Origin: Burkholderiales bacterium
GTDB lineage: Bacteria; Pseudomonadota; Gammaproteobacteria; Burkholderiales; SG8-39
Reading direction: 5' to 3'
Assembly: GCA_038903735.1 (NCBI GenBank)
Contig: JBCKLP010000003.1
Coordinates: forward strand, 1-55,448
DNA length: 55,448 nucleotides
Shown: one piece after another, positions 28,775-38,211 of the stretch
How the letters are laid out: every line of letters starts with the position of its first letter
Position numbering within the stretch: the stretch's first letter is position 1
Position numbers and translations under genes: made by a program
Notes under the pieces: model-generated
Database searches by the model: none
The model's input: the letters and a program-made list of their open reading frames with translations, nothing else
Told to the model about the DNA's origin: nothing

Positions 28775-29950
28775 ATGGATATGAACGCGCAGACCGGCCA
28801 GGATCCGACGCCTTATGTCGGATTGCCACCCGCACTCAGGCCTTCGATCAACGACACCAAGCATTATTTCCAGGCGCTGGATAATTTTGTCAAGGTGTTC
28901 GCCATCCAGCCGGGCGAGCGGGTGCTCATGCTCACCGATCCACTGCTGGATCCGCGCGTGGTCGATGCGCTCACCGGCATTGCCCGCGCGCGCGGCGCGA
29001 CGCTTTGCCAGTACATGGCCTCCACTACCACGCTGCCCAGCGTACCCGAGGAGGTGCAGGGGCTGATCCGCAAGGCCGATTTCGTGGTCTCGACCTGGTT
29101 CTGTTCCATCGAAGATCCGTTCAATGTGGCGATGCGCAAGGCCGGCCAGCGCTGGGTAAAGATCACCTATTTCCGCGACATCGATCTTTTGATGACGCCG
29201 CAGGCGCGCTTTCCCATCGAACTGGTGGGCGAGATTGTGCGCGGCACTGAAAGGCGGATTCCCAAGGGCGAGGATTTCATGCTGCGCTTCACCGACCCGC
29301 GCGGCACGGATCTGCACATTCCGTACACCAAGGGAATGCGCGACACCATGTTTGCCAGCAACCGCTGGCGCGGCAAGATGTTCGCCGATGAGCCCGGCTG
29401 CTACGTCCATTACCTGCCGACACATGGCCCCAATTTCTGGGACAGCACGGCAATGAAAAGCGACCCTGCCGCGAAGATCAATATCGAGGGTGTGCTGTAT
29501 CCGCAGTGGGCCATCGGCTTTGCCCAGCCGTTCGCTGAGCGTATCGCCGTGGAATTCAGGAACAAGCTGGTCACTGAAGTGCGTGGTGAATCCTCCGATG
29601 CCCAGATTCTTCGCGAGATGCTGTTGGGTGGCAAAATCATCGAAGGTGGTGGCTGCGGCTTCAATCCCAAGGCGCCGCGCAACACGGTGTATCCGGCAGG
29701 CTCCAATTCACCGGGTGCGCTGCATTTCGGGGTCGATCTGGCAAAGCCCAGCGACTACATCCGGCGCGTCATGCCCAACTGGGAAGAGCCGCCGGTGCAC
29801 CAGGATCTGATTGTGTTCGATGCGACAGTCACCGCAGGGCAGAACACGGTGATCGACAAGGGGTTTCTGCTGGCGCTGCGCGATCCGCTCGTGGTGGCGA
29901 TGGCCAGTCGCTACGGTGATCCGGTGGAATTGCTGGAAGCGTTTGTCTAG
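28775..29950 (+). CDS. Peptidase M29 / NicX-like fold protein
   Basis: QPGERVLMLTD, PRGTDL, ALHFG, VHQD, VIDKGFL pattern. Confidence 0.55.
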   Translation: MDMNAQTGQDPTPYVGLPPALRPSINDTKHYFQALDNFVKVFAIQPGERVLMLTDPLLDPRVVDALTGIARARGATLCQYMASTTTLPSVPEEVQGLIRKADFVVSTWFCSIEDPFNVAMRKAGQRWVKITYFRDIDLLMTPQARFPIELVGEIVRGTERRIPKGEDFMLRFTDPRGTDLHIPYTKGMRDTMFASNRWRGKMFADEPGCYVHYLPTHGPNFWDSTAMKSDPAAKINIEGVLYPQWAIGFAQPFAERIAVEFRNKLVTEVRGESSDAQILREMLLGGKIIEGGGCGFNPKAPRNTVYPAGSNSPGALHFGVDLAKPSDYIRRVMPNWEEPPVHQDLIVFDATVTAGQNTVIDKGFLLALRDPLVVAMASRYGDPVELLEAFV

Positions 29951-30020
29951 AGTTTCGAACCGGGACAAGCAGGTCTTGTGATTGCGGATTGACGAGACTG
30001 CATCAAACTCAGGGGCAATC

Positions 30021-31097
30021 ATGATAATTACCGCTATCGACACCTGCATACTCACCATTCCCGTAAGGCTGCAGGTGAAAAAGCAGTTTCCCCATCACAA
30101 GATTGTGGTGGCGGAAATTGCAACTGACGAGGGCGTGGGCGGACTGGGTTATACGCTGGGATTCGCGGGGAGCAATGTCGAGGCAATTCAGGTCTACATC
30201 GAGACGCGCCTGAAGCCGGTGCTGCTTGGCGAGAATCCACTCTTCGTGCATCGCCTCTGGGAGCGTATGTATCGTGCGGACTCGGGCAAGAAACACGGTA
30301 TTGCCGCCTATGCGATATCCGCTATCGATATCGGCTTGTGGGATCTTCTCGGCAGAGTGGCGGGGATGCCGCTGTACCGCATGTGGGGAGCGGTGAGCGA
30401 CCGGGTGCCGGCCTATGGCAGCGGCGGGTTCAGCAATTACACGGTCGATGATCTTGTTGACGAGGCCGAGAGCTTTGCCGCCATGGGTTGCAAGTATTAC
30501 AAGATGAAGGTCCATCACCCCGACCCGCGCGAGAATCGCCGGCGTGTCAAGGCGGTGCAAAGCGCACTGGGGGATCGCATGCGGCTGATGGTGGATGTGA
30601 ATCAGCGCCTGGATGTCCATTCAAGCATCGCGCAGGCCAGGCTGCTGGAAGATCTGGATCTTGTCTGGTACGAGGAGCCGGTTATCGCCGACGATGTCGC
30701 CGGCTGCGCGGAAGTGGCGCAGGCGATCCGCATACCAGTGGCTACCGGCGAGAACGCCTACACCCGCCACGAGTTCCGCGAATTGATCGAACGGCGCGCG
30801 GCACGCTACCTGATGCCCGATGTCGGACACGCCAACGGATTTTCCGAAACCCTGCGTATCGCGCAACTGGCTGCCGCCCATCAGCTCATTGTCTCGCCGC
30901 ACCTTGCGCACGAACTGTCCATCCATGTGGTGGGCGCGCTTGCCAATGGCTTTCTGGTTGAATTCATGGACTGGATTCCGCCGGATCTTTTCGAGCATGT
31001 GCTGGAGTGTGTTGACGGTCACTTCGCGATTCCCGATCGGCCCGGGCACGGCGTGGCGCTTGCGCGTGGAGCGAAGGAAAAGTATCGCAGCACCTGA
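30021..31097 (+). CDS. Mandelate racemase/muconate lactonizing enzyme family protein
   Basis: AIDIGLWD, KMK, VDVN, EEP, TGEN, RPGHG. Confidence 0.92.
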   Translation: MIITAIDTCILTIPVRLQVKKQFPHHKIVVAEIATDEGVGGLGYTLGFAGSNVEAIQVYIETRLKPVLLGENPLFVHRLWERMYRADSGKKHGIAAYAISAIDIGLWDLLGRVAGMPLYRMWGAVSDRVPAYGSGGFSNYTVDDLVDEAESFAAMGCKYYKMKVHHPDPRENRRRVKAVQSALGDRMRLMVDVNQRLDVHSSIAQARLLEDLDLVWYEEPVIADDVAGCAEVAQAIRIPVATGENAYTRHEFRELIERRAARYLMPDVGHANGFSETLRIAQLAAAHQLIVSPHLAHELSIHVVGALANGFLVEFMDWIPPDLFEHVLECVDGHFAIPDRPGHGVALARGAKEKYRST

Positions 31098-31101
31098 TAA
31101 G

Positions 31102-31176
31102 TGGGGTCAGTGTAACTTTACGCGCTTGAGTTTCCGACGCCGGGCCTGTAGGGCATGAAAAGTTACACTGACCCCA
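31102..31176. repeat. REP/REPIN-like inverted pair
   Basis: Perfect 18-bp inverted repeat TGGGGTCAGTGTAACTTT / AAAGTTACACTGACCCCA with a 39-bp spacer. Confidence 0.8.
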
Positions 31177-31265
31177 TTTTTGCCGGGGCTTACGGCATTT
31201 GGGCAATTCGGCGATACTTTCACGCGGGACCCAGGGGGGGCTTGCCACTTACAGGAGGAACAAAC

Positions 31266-32264
31266 ATGCTGATTATGATCGGAGCAAAAAGCGCGGTTTT
31301 TCGTCAGGCGCTTGCATTGATGTGCATTGCCGCATTTGCCGCACCGGGTCATTCGCTGGCGCAGTCTTACCCCTCCAAGCCGATTAAGCTGGTGGTGCCG
31401 CTGGGTGTTGGCGCGCCGCCGGATATTTCCGGACGCTTGCTGGCGCAGAAAATGTCGGAGAATATGGCGCAGGCCATTGTGGTGGAGAACCGCTCCGGTG
31501 CCGGCGGCACGGTGGGCGCGCTGGTTGTGGCCAAATCTGCGCCCGACGGCTACACGCTGCTGATGGGCAGCGGCTCCTCGCTGGTGCTGGGTCCGGCCCT
31601 GTTCCTCAATGCCGGTTATTCGCCGAGCAGCTCGTTTGCACCGATCAGCCTGGTGAGCGCGCAGCCCTTCATCATCGTGGTGCCCGCCTCGCTCAAGGTC
31701 GATACCCTGCAGCAGTTCATCACGCTGGTAAAAGCCAGTCCCGGCAAATACAACTACGGCACGCCGCAGACCGGCAGCCCGCCCTTCATGGCAGCGGAAC
31801 TCTTCAGCCGGATTGCGGGGCTGAAAATGGTGCACGTGCCATTCGGGAATATTCCCAAGGCGGCCATGGCGCTGGTGGCCGGCGACGCGCAGTTGAATAT
31901 CGAAGTAGCGCCGGTGTTCATGGCGCAGATTCGCGCAGGAGTGCTGAAGCCGTTGGCAACGACGGCAGCGAAACGCACGCCTTTCCTCCCCGATGTGCCC
32001 ACCACCGCCGAAGCCGGCGTGCCGAATCTGGAAATCGGCACCTGGGGCGCAATCGTGGCGCCAGCCGGCACGCCCGGCGCCATCATCCAGCGCCTGAATC
32101 AGGAGATTGTGAAGGCGGCGGCCAGCAAGGAAGTGCAGGAAGGCTTCACCAGGCAGATGTTCGAAGTGCTGACCAGCACGCCCGAAGAACTGGCAAAGCA
32201 CATTGCCGCTGAAAATGCCAAGTGGGGTAAGTTGATCGCCGATACCGGCATCAAGCCGAACTGA
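31266..32264 (+). CDS. Bug/TctC receptor
   Basis: AGGAGG RBS; YPSKPIKLVVP, APDGYT, ENAKWGKLI. Confidence 0.93.
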   Translation: MLIMIGAKSAVFRQALALMCIAAFAAPGHSLAQSYPSKPIKLVVPLGVGAPPDISGRLLAQKMSENMAQAIVVENRSGAGGTVGALVVAKSAPDGYTLLMGSGSSLVLGPALFLNAGYSPSSSFAPISLVSAQPFIIVVPASLKVDTLQQFITLVKASPGKYNYGTPQTGSPPFMAAELFSRIAGLKMVHVPFGNIPKAAMALVAGDAQLNIEVAPVFMAQIRAGVLKPLATTAAKRTPFLPDVPTTAEAGVPNLEIGTWGAIVAPAGTPGAIIQRLNQEIVKAAASKEVQEGFTRQMFEVLTSTPEELAKHIAAENAKWGKLIADTGIKPN

Positions 32265-32418
32265 TTTATAACGCACGACAAGGAGACAGGCAGGATAGCG
32301 GCGCCGGCATGCGTGAATTCGTCTGGCTCACCGGCCAGCCCGAAGCGGTCAAACTCGAATACCGGAAAGCCATGGGCTGGGCATAGTGCCCGAGCCTTAC
32401 CCATCAGGAGACAGTGTC

Positions 32419-33810
32419 ATGCCGAACAAACCCGCCCGTCCCCCCATCCTGTCCTTTGCCGAACGCGACCGCCGCTGGGCCGCCGTGCGGACCCTGATGC
32501 GCGCCCACAATCTCGATTGCCTGGTGGTGGCGGGATTCCGCGCCAGGGAAATGTACGAGAGCTACATCAGCGACGATTACAACGAGGAGTGCACCATCCT
32601 GCCGCTGGAAGGTGATCCGGTGGTGCTGACCTGGGCCAATCTGCGCGTATTGCGCGCCAAGTGGTCCGAAGAACGCGGCCATGCGTTGTGGGTGTCGGAT
32701 TACCGCGTTGCCACCAGCGGCGCGCAGGCCGCCGACGTGGTGCGCGAGAAAATGGGCGGCGGCAGCCGGGTGGGTCTGGTGGGCCTTCTGTCCGAAGCGC
32801 CCACCGAGCCGTTTGGCGCCATTCCCGCGCACTGGTGGGGGCCCTTTGCCGAGTCGCTGAAGGGCATGGCTTTCCATGACATCTCGGACGAATTCAGCCA
32901 CCTGATGCTGGTGAAAAGCGCCGAAGAACTGGCGCAGGTGCGCTACGCAGCGGCGGCTGCCGAGGCCGGTTGCGCGGCGATGATTGAAGTGGCGGCCGCA
33001 GGCGTTGACGAGGCGGTGCTGTACGCGGAGGCGGTGCGCGCCATGTTCCGCTTTGGCATCGGCCTTCGCTATCCCAATATTGTGATGAATTCGGGGCCGG
33101 CGACGCTCTCCTGGGGGCCGCCGCGCTGGACCACCCGTGGCGAGGCGCCGCGGGTGCTGCAAAAGGGCGACCTGATGCAGGCCGAACTGATGCCCATGTG
33201 CGGCAACCAGGAAGTCCAGGTGCAGATGACGGTGGCCATCGACCCGCTCAATGCCATCAACCAGAAGTGCGAACGGGTGGCGCTGGAAGCCTATGAACTG
33301 GGGCTCAAGCTGCTCAAGCCCGGTATCACCTTTGCGGATTTCACCAATGCCATGGCCGAGCCGCTCAAGGTGTCCGGGTGCTGGTGCTACACGCCGCTGG
33401 TGCATTCGGTGGGGCCGCATTTTCTTTTGGGCCGGCCCAACATCAATATGGAAAATGTCGATATGGGTGTGCGCTTTGTCGGGCAGCCGCAGGGCAGGGT
33501 GCGCACTGCGGTGATCAAACCCGGCATGGTGTTCGCGTTCGAGCCCAATGCCTGCCTGTCGGATGGCAATACGCATCACCGGGTCAATGTCGGCGGCACG
33601 GTGATCGTCACCGAGAATGGCTGCGAGGCGCTCAACAAGATTCCGACCCGGGTGTTTCACGTCTCCGCAGGCCGCAAGTCGGCGGCGAAGCCTGCACCCA
33701 AGCCGGCGATTAAGCCGGCGACCAGGGCGGTTCAATCCAGGCCCGCGAAACAGAGCGTGCCCAAAAAAGCCAAGGCATCGGTACGAAGCGCGGCCAAAAA
33801 GAAAAAATAA
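32419..33810 (+). CDS. M24 (creatinase/Xaa-Pro peptidase) fold protein with a Lys/Ala/Pro-rich tail
   Basis: LVKSAEEL, HSVG, GMVFAFEP, TVIVTENGCEALN. Confidence 0.85.
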   Translation: MPNKPARPPILSFAERDRRWAAVRTLMRAHNLDCLVVAGFRAREMYESYISDDYNEECTILPLEGDPVVLTWANLRVLRAKWSEERGHALWVSDYRVATSGAQAADVVREKMGGGSRVGLVGLLSEAPTEPFGAIPAHWWGPFAESLKGMAFHDISDEFSHLMLVKSAEELAQVRYAAAAAEAGCAAMIEVAAAGVDEAVLYAEAVRAMFRFGIGLRYPNIVMNSGPATLSWGPPRWTTRGEAPRVLQKGDLMQAELMPMCGNQEVQVQMTVAIDPLNAINQKCERVALEAYELGLKLLKPGITFADFTNAMAEPLKVSGCWCYTPLVHSVGPHFLLGRPNINMENVDMGVRFVGQPQGRVRTAVIKPGMVFAFEPNACLSDGNTHHRVNVGGTVIVTENGCEALNKIPTRVFHVSAGRKSAAKPAPKPAIKPATRAVQSRPAKQSVPKKAKASVRSAAKKKK

Positions 33811-33859
33811 TGCTGGTACCAGGCCGCTTATTGAGAATTACCTTAGCTCGTTACAGGTT

Positions 33860-33936
33860 TTTCCCTCATCCCAACCCTTCTCTCCCACGGGGACTTCCTG
33901 CGGTCGCCAAAGGGAGAAGGGCTTTATCCCTCACCC
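33860..33936. repeat. Second, inverted copy of the BoxC/REP-like element at 9063
   Basis: 33860-33908 is the exact reverse complement of 9209-9257. Confidence 0.85.
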
Positions 33937-34059
33937 TATGAAAAGCTTGGTCTCGTGGTGGATACCTCACCGAGTCCGGAGGAGTTTGCCGTCAGCGTGA
34001 AGCGGCATTACGAGCAGGCCGGCAGAATCGTCAAACTGGCCGGCATCGATCCAGAGTAA
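33937..34059 (+). pseudogene. C-terminal remnant of a Bug receptor
   Basis: YEKLGLVVDTSPSPEEFAVSVKRHYEQAGRIVKLAGIDPE*. Confidence 0.72.
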
Positions 34060-34089
34060 GGCACGCCGCTTCAGGTCAGGCGCCTGCAC

Positions 34090-34145
34090 AAAGCCCGGTT
34101 CCGCTTGCGGGAACCGGGTTTCGCTTGCGGGAACCGGGTTTCGCT
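34090..34145. terminator. Probable terminator hairpin between convergent genes, with a 20-bp tandem duplication
   Basis: CCCGGTTCC-GCTTGCG-GGAACCGGG-TTT; CGCTTGCGGGAACCGGGTTT x2 at 34102-34141. Confidence 0.55.
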
Positions 34146-34670
34146 TTATTTCGAAGACTGGATTTCCAGTTCCTTGAGGTTGTGCAGATCGGAATCCTCG
34201 TCCATGTCGAACCGGTCGCCAAAGTCATACATGTCGTCGTGCTGAAAACCATCATAGCTCTGGACTTCCCACCAGTTGTGGTCGAGGTCTTCCAGATAGA
34301 ACGAATACACGCCATGTTGATCGACCACGTCGAGCACCTGCTTGATCTTGTATTTCTCCTGGCCGGCTTTGGCGTCGCGGTGCACGCGCTCGACTTCCTC
34401 GCGGCTGCCGACATCAACCCCCCAGTGATTGAGCACATTGCAGGGATGGACTGCGTCGCCGACCTCGACGCAGACGATATGGAATTTCATGCCGCAGCGC
34501 ACCGCCATCGCCGGTTTGGCGTGGCGCACACATTCCATGCCAAGAAATTCCTCGTAGAACTTGCGCGACTCCTTAAGGCTGTAGCACTCCATGGTGCCGT
34601 GTGACATCACGTACGGCCTAACGACGGAATTCTTGTTGTTCGGTTCAAATGCTGCATCAGTGATCTGCAT
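34146..34670 (-). CDS. VOC/glyoxalase family protein
   Basis: SHGT, NHWG, YSFYLEDLDHNWWEV. Confidence 0.85.
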   Translation of the reverse strand: MQITDAAFEPNNKNSVVRPYVMSHGTMECYSLKESRKFYEEFLGMECVRHAKPAMAVRCGMKFHIVCVEVGDAVHPCNVLNHWGVDVGSREEVERVHRDAKAGQEKYKIKQVLDVVDQHGVYSFYLEDLDHNWWEVQSYDGFQHDDMYDFGDRFDMDEDSDLHNLKELEIQSSK

Positions 34671-34708
34671 TTCAAATCCTCCTTCAGGAAAATGGCTTCG
34701 GTCTGGCG

Positions 34709-35755
34709 CTACCCCGTGGTCGCGCCGGCCCGGTCAGCCTCGGTCAAGAATGAATCTGCTAAAAACTCGTCCTCGGGTAATCCGCATTTTGCAACGAAAT
34801 CGCTGCGCGCGGCATCCACCATCACCGGCGCGCCGCAGGCATACACCTGATAGCCCGACAGATCCGGAATATCCTCCATTACCGCGCGATGCACAAAGCC
34901 GGTGCGGCCGGTCCAGGCATCGCCGGGCAGGGCATCGGAAAGTACCGGAATGAATTTGAAGCGGGGACTCTGCTCCGCCCATTGCTGCGGCAGATCAAGC
35001 ATATACAGGTCCGCCTTGGCACGGCATCCCCAGTAAAGCGTCATGGGCCGGTCGATCTTACGGCGCAGCGCATATTCAACAATGGATTTGATGGGCGCGA
35101 ACCCGGTCCCGCTGGCGACCATGACAATAGGCTTGCTGCTTTCCTCGCGCAGGTAGAAGGTGCCCAGCGGCCCCTCGAAGCGCAGCACCTCGCGCTCCTT
35201 CAAGCCGTCGAACACATAATCGGTGAACACGCCGCCGGGCATGTGACGAATGTGCAACTGCACGTCCCGCACGCCTTCGGCGCTGGGCGCCGTGGCAATG
35301 GAATAACTGCGGCGTTTGCCATCTTTCAGAATAAAGTCGATGTATTGGCCCGCGGAAAACATGAAGTTTTCATTCATCGGCAGTTTGACATCGAGGAGGG
35401 CAACATCGGAGGACGGTTTTTGCAACTGCTTCACGCGACAGGGAACCATGCGCGGCTTGATACCGACCAGCGAGAGTTCCTTGAGCTCGATCACCAGATC
35501 GCTTTGCGGTCTCGCCGAACACAGCAGAGCCAGGCCCATGGCGCGGTGCTCAGGCGGAAGATAGGCGTCACTGACCATGTTGGTGCCGTAATCGACTTGG
35601 CCCTCGATCAGCCGGCCACGGCACGTACGGCAGGTGCCTGCGCGACAACTGTAAGGCATGGCAAAGCCGGCCTCCAGGCCCGCATCGAGAACACGCTGAC
35701 CCTCCTCGACCTGGAACGTATGACCGCTTGGTTTGAGGGTTACCTGAAATGCCAT
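34709..35755 (-). CDS. [2Fe-2S] ferredoxin-NAD(P)H reductase (CDP-6-deoxy-delta-3,4-glucoseen reductase-like)
   Basis: YSCRAGTCRTC, RRSYSIA, SGTGFAP, YACGAP; ATG at 35755. Confidence 0.9.
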   Translation of the reverse strand: MAFQVTLKPSGHTFQVEEGQRVLDAGLEAGFAMPYSCRAGTCRTCRGRLIEGQVDYGTNMVSDAYLPPEHRAMGLALLCSARPQSDLVIELKELSLVGIKPRMVPCRVKQLQKPSSDVALLDVKLPMNENFMFSAGQYIDFILKDGKRRSYSIATAPSAEGVRDVQLHIRHMPGGVFTDYVFDGLKEREVLRFEGPLGTFYLREESSKPIVMVASGTGFAPIKSIVEYALRRKIDRPMTLYWGCRAKADLYMLDLPQQWAEQSPRFKFIPVLSDALPGDAWTGRTGFVHRAVMEDIPDLSGYQVYACGAPVMVDAARSDFVAKCGLPEDEFLADSFLTEADRAGATTG

Positions 35756-35833
35756 GCGCCACCTCCATTTGCGTTTCAGAATAATACAGAAAAACAGCGA
35801 TGCCGAGCAGGCCTTCCTCGTTCGGTAGTATAC

Positions 35834-35905
35834 TATAGCGTCTTCCTCGATGGCGAGATGGTCATCGACCGCGGCAGGATCGTGGTGGAAGACATGAGGG
35901 CCTGA
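35834..35905 (+). pseudogene. Possible C-terminal remnant of an M29/NicX-type gene
   Basis: SVFLDGEMVIDRGRIVVEDMRA* resembles the family C-terminus; very short. Confidence 0.35.
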
Positions 35906-36023
35906 ACGGGGAGCGCAGCTTTTACATTCGCGGCCTGACACGGATTTCACACCCTTGCAGCCCTAGGCGGGGGGGACTTAACATCGAAGCACGCTATGCT
36001 CCGTCCAATGAGAAAGGGCCATC

Positions 36024-36362
36024 ATGAATCAGCCACGAATCCGTCATATTGCGTTGAACGTGCAAGATCCCGAGCAATGCGCCGAGTACTACAAGAAGGT
36101 GTTCGGCATGGAAGAAAAATATGTCGGGCCCAACGGGACCATCTATCTCTCCGACGGCTTTGTGGGCCTTGCCCTGATCAACGCACCGATGCTCCCCTGG
36201 GGCATCAATCACTTCGGTTTTCAGGTTGATAACGTCAAGGCCATCGAGGAGACGGCAAACACGACCGCGGAGTCAAACGTCTACGGTGCGGTTGCTGAAA
36301 GCTGGATCAAGGATCCGGAAGGAAACCGGGTCGACACCTCGGAACATGGATGGCCTGTCTGA
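36024..36362 (+). CDS. VOC/glyoxalase family protein
   Basis: IRHIAL, NHFGFQV, KDPEGNRVD. Confidence 0.88.
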   Translation: MNQPRIRHIALNVQDPEQCAEYYKKVFGMEEKYVGPNGTIYLSDGFVGLALINAPMLPWGINHFGFQVDNVKAIEETANTTAESNVYGAVAESWIKDPEGNRVDTSEHGWPV

Positions 36363-36504
36363 AGTCTGGCGCATTGGCGCTGGCAAGCCGACTCTCGTGC
36401 CAGTTTGCGAATTCGCGTACACTGTTTGCGGAGTAGTGCCTGGTATCAAAAACCTTCGCCGTAGCGATGTCCACGGAACCGGCGAACTTATGGAGGAGAT
36501 CTGC

Positions 36505-37602
36505 ATGAATCAACCCAATGGAATGCGCGGCCCCCGTGCTGCAACCCTGGCTTCCACGGCCACGATGGTCTTTGCCGCCACTGCATTTTCGGGTATTGCG
36601 CAGGCGCAGACCCTCAAGCTGACCATCGCCGGCGCACCCCCACCCACGGTGACGCCGTCGCGCGTCGCCAAGGAAGTATTTGTCCCCGAGGTGAACAAGC
36701 GCCTCGCTGCTTCCGGACACCCGTTCCGGATCGAATGGACCGAGGCGTATTCGCAGACCCTGGTCAAGTTCACAGAGACACTGGAGGCCGTGGAGGAGGG
36801 CGTCGCCCATGTCGGCGTGCTGGTGAAGGTCTTCGAGGAATCCAAGCTGCCGCTCGAACAATATGTTGCCATGATGCCATTCGGCACTGCCGATACCGCG
36901 ATTCAATTGAAGATTGACGCCAAGGTGCGCGCCCGGGTGCCGGAAATGAACGCCACCTTCGACAAGTACAACCAGGTTGCGCTCACGCATGCGCCGTCGG
37001 AGAGCATGCAGATGTTCACCAAGTTCCCGATGACACGGGTGGAAGACCTGCGCAACAAGAAGATCGGCGCAAGCGGTGCGTTGGGCCAGGTGCTGCGCGG
37101 CACGGGAGCGGTGATCGTCACCTCCAGCATGTTGTCCTCCTTTGTCGACATCAAGGCCGGTGTCTACGACGGTTATCCGATGAGCGCCTCGCTCGCCTTT
37201 CCCTACAAGACCTATCAAGCGGCGCCTCATATGGCCCAGTTGGACTTTGGCAGCACGATGACAACCGCGCTGACGGTCAACAAAAAAACCTGGGAGGCCC
37301 TGCCGCCGCACGCGCAAAAAATCTTTATGGAGGCGGCACAGGAGTGGACTCTCAGGCACATGTTCCTCGAGGCCGAGAGCAACAAGCGGGTGACCGAACT
37401 GATGAAAAAAGAGGGACTCAAGGTGGTGGTCTTCTCCGCGGAACAAAGACGCAACTGGGCGATGAAAATGCCCAACATCGCCAAGGAATGGGCGCAGCAG
37501 CTCGACAAGGAAGGGCAGCCTGGCAGCAAGCTGCTTGCGGCCTATATGGAGGAGGCGCGCGCCGCCGGCGTGAAACCAATACGTAACTGGGACAAGGAAT
37601 AA
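36505..37602 (+). CDS. dctP: TRAP transporter substrate-binding protein
   Basis: Signal peptide, EDLRNKKI, GVYDG, NKKTWEALP; followed by small and large permeases. Confidence 0.88.
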   Translation: MNQPNGMRGPRAATLASTATMVFAATAFSGIAQAQTLKLTIAGAPPPTVTPSRVAKEVFVPEVNKRLAASGHPFRIEWTEAYSQTLVKFTETLEAVEEGVAHVGVLVKVFEESKLPLEQYVAMMPFGTADTAIQLKIDAKVRARVPEMNATFDKYNQVALTHAPSESMQMFTKFPMTRVEDLRNKKIGASGALGQVLRGTGAVIVTSSMLSSFVDIKAGVYDGYPMSASLAFPYKTYQAAPHMAQLDFGSTMTTALTVNKKTWEALPPHAQKIFMEAAQEWTLRHMFLEAESNKRVTELMKKEGLKVVVFSAEQRRNWAMKMPNIAKEWAQQLDKEGQPGSKLLAAYMEEARAAGVKPIRNWDKE

Positions 37603-37620
37603 GCCGCGCGCGAACCCGGC

Positions 37621-38211
37621 TTGAATTCTCCATCGTCAACGCCCGGCCGACCGGCCGGGCGGGAACGCAGTACTGCGACCGCCGCATTCGACATGCTGGT
37701 GGCGGGGCTCAATGCACTGGGCTCGCTATGGATATTTTTCATCATGTCCGTGGTCTGCGCCGACGTTATCGCCCGCTATGTCTTCAACAGCCCGCTGACC
37801 GGTGTGCCGCTTACCATCACCATGTCGCTGATCGCCATTGTCTTCCTGCAATTGCCGGATGCGCTCAAGGCCGGTCGCGTGACGCGCAACGAGGCACTGC
37901 TCGGGGGACTATTGAGAAAGCGGCGGCGCTTGGGGCTTCTTCTGCAGGCCTTTTTCCATCTTTCCGGGGCCGCGATGATGGGTTTCCTGGTGCTGTATAT
38001 CGGACCGATGTTCGCCAAGGCCTGGGAAACCGAGGCCTTCCTGGGAACCCGCAATCACTTCACCCTGCCCGAGTGGCCGTTCAAACTGGTGATCGTGGTG
38101 GGGGCCGTGATGACCACACTGCAGTTTTTGCGGCTGTTCTGGATCGATCTGCGGGAGCGGGCGGCACTTTCCAGGGCTGAGAAGTCGAACGACATTGGTT
38201 CTGCGCCATGA
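37621..38211 (+). CDS. dctQ: TRAP transporter small permease
   Basis: Four hydrophobic segments, DVIARYVFNSP. Confidence 0.88.
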   Translation: MNSPSSTPGRPAGRERSTATAAFDMLVAGLNALGSLWIFFIMSVVCADVIARYVFNSPLTGVPLTITMSLIAIVFLQLPDALKAGRVTRNEALLGGLLRKRRRLGLLLQAFFHLSGAAMMGFLVLYIGPMFAKAWETEAFLGTRNHFTLPEWPFKLVIVVGAVMTTLQFLRLFWIDLRERAALSRAEKSNDIGSAP

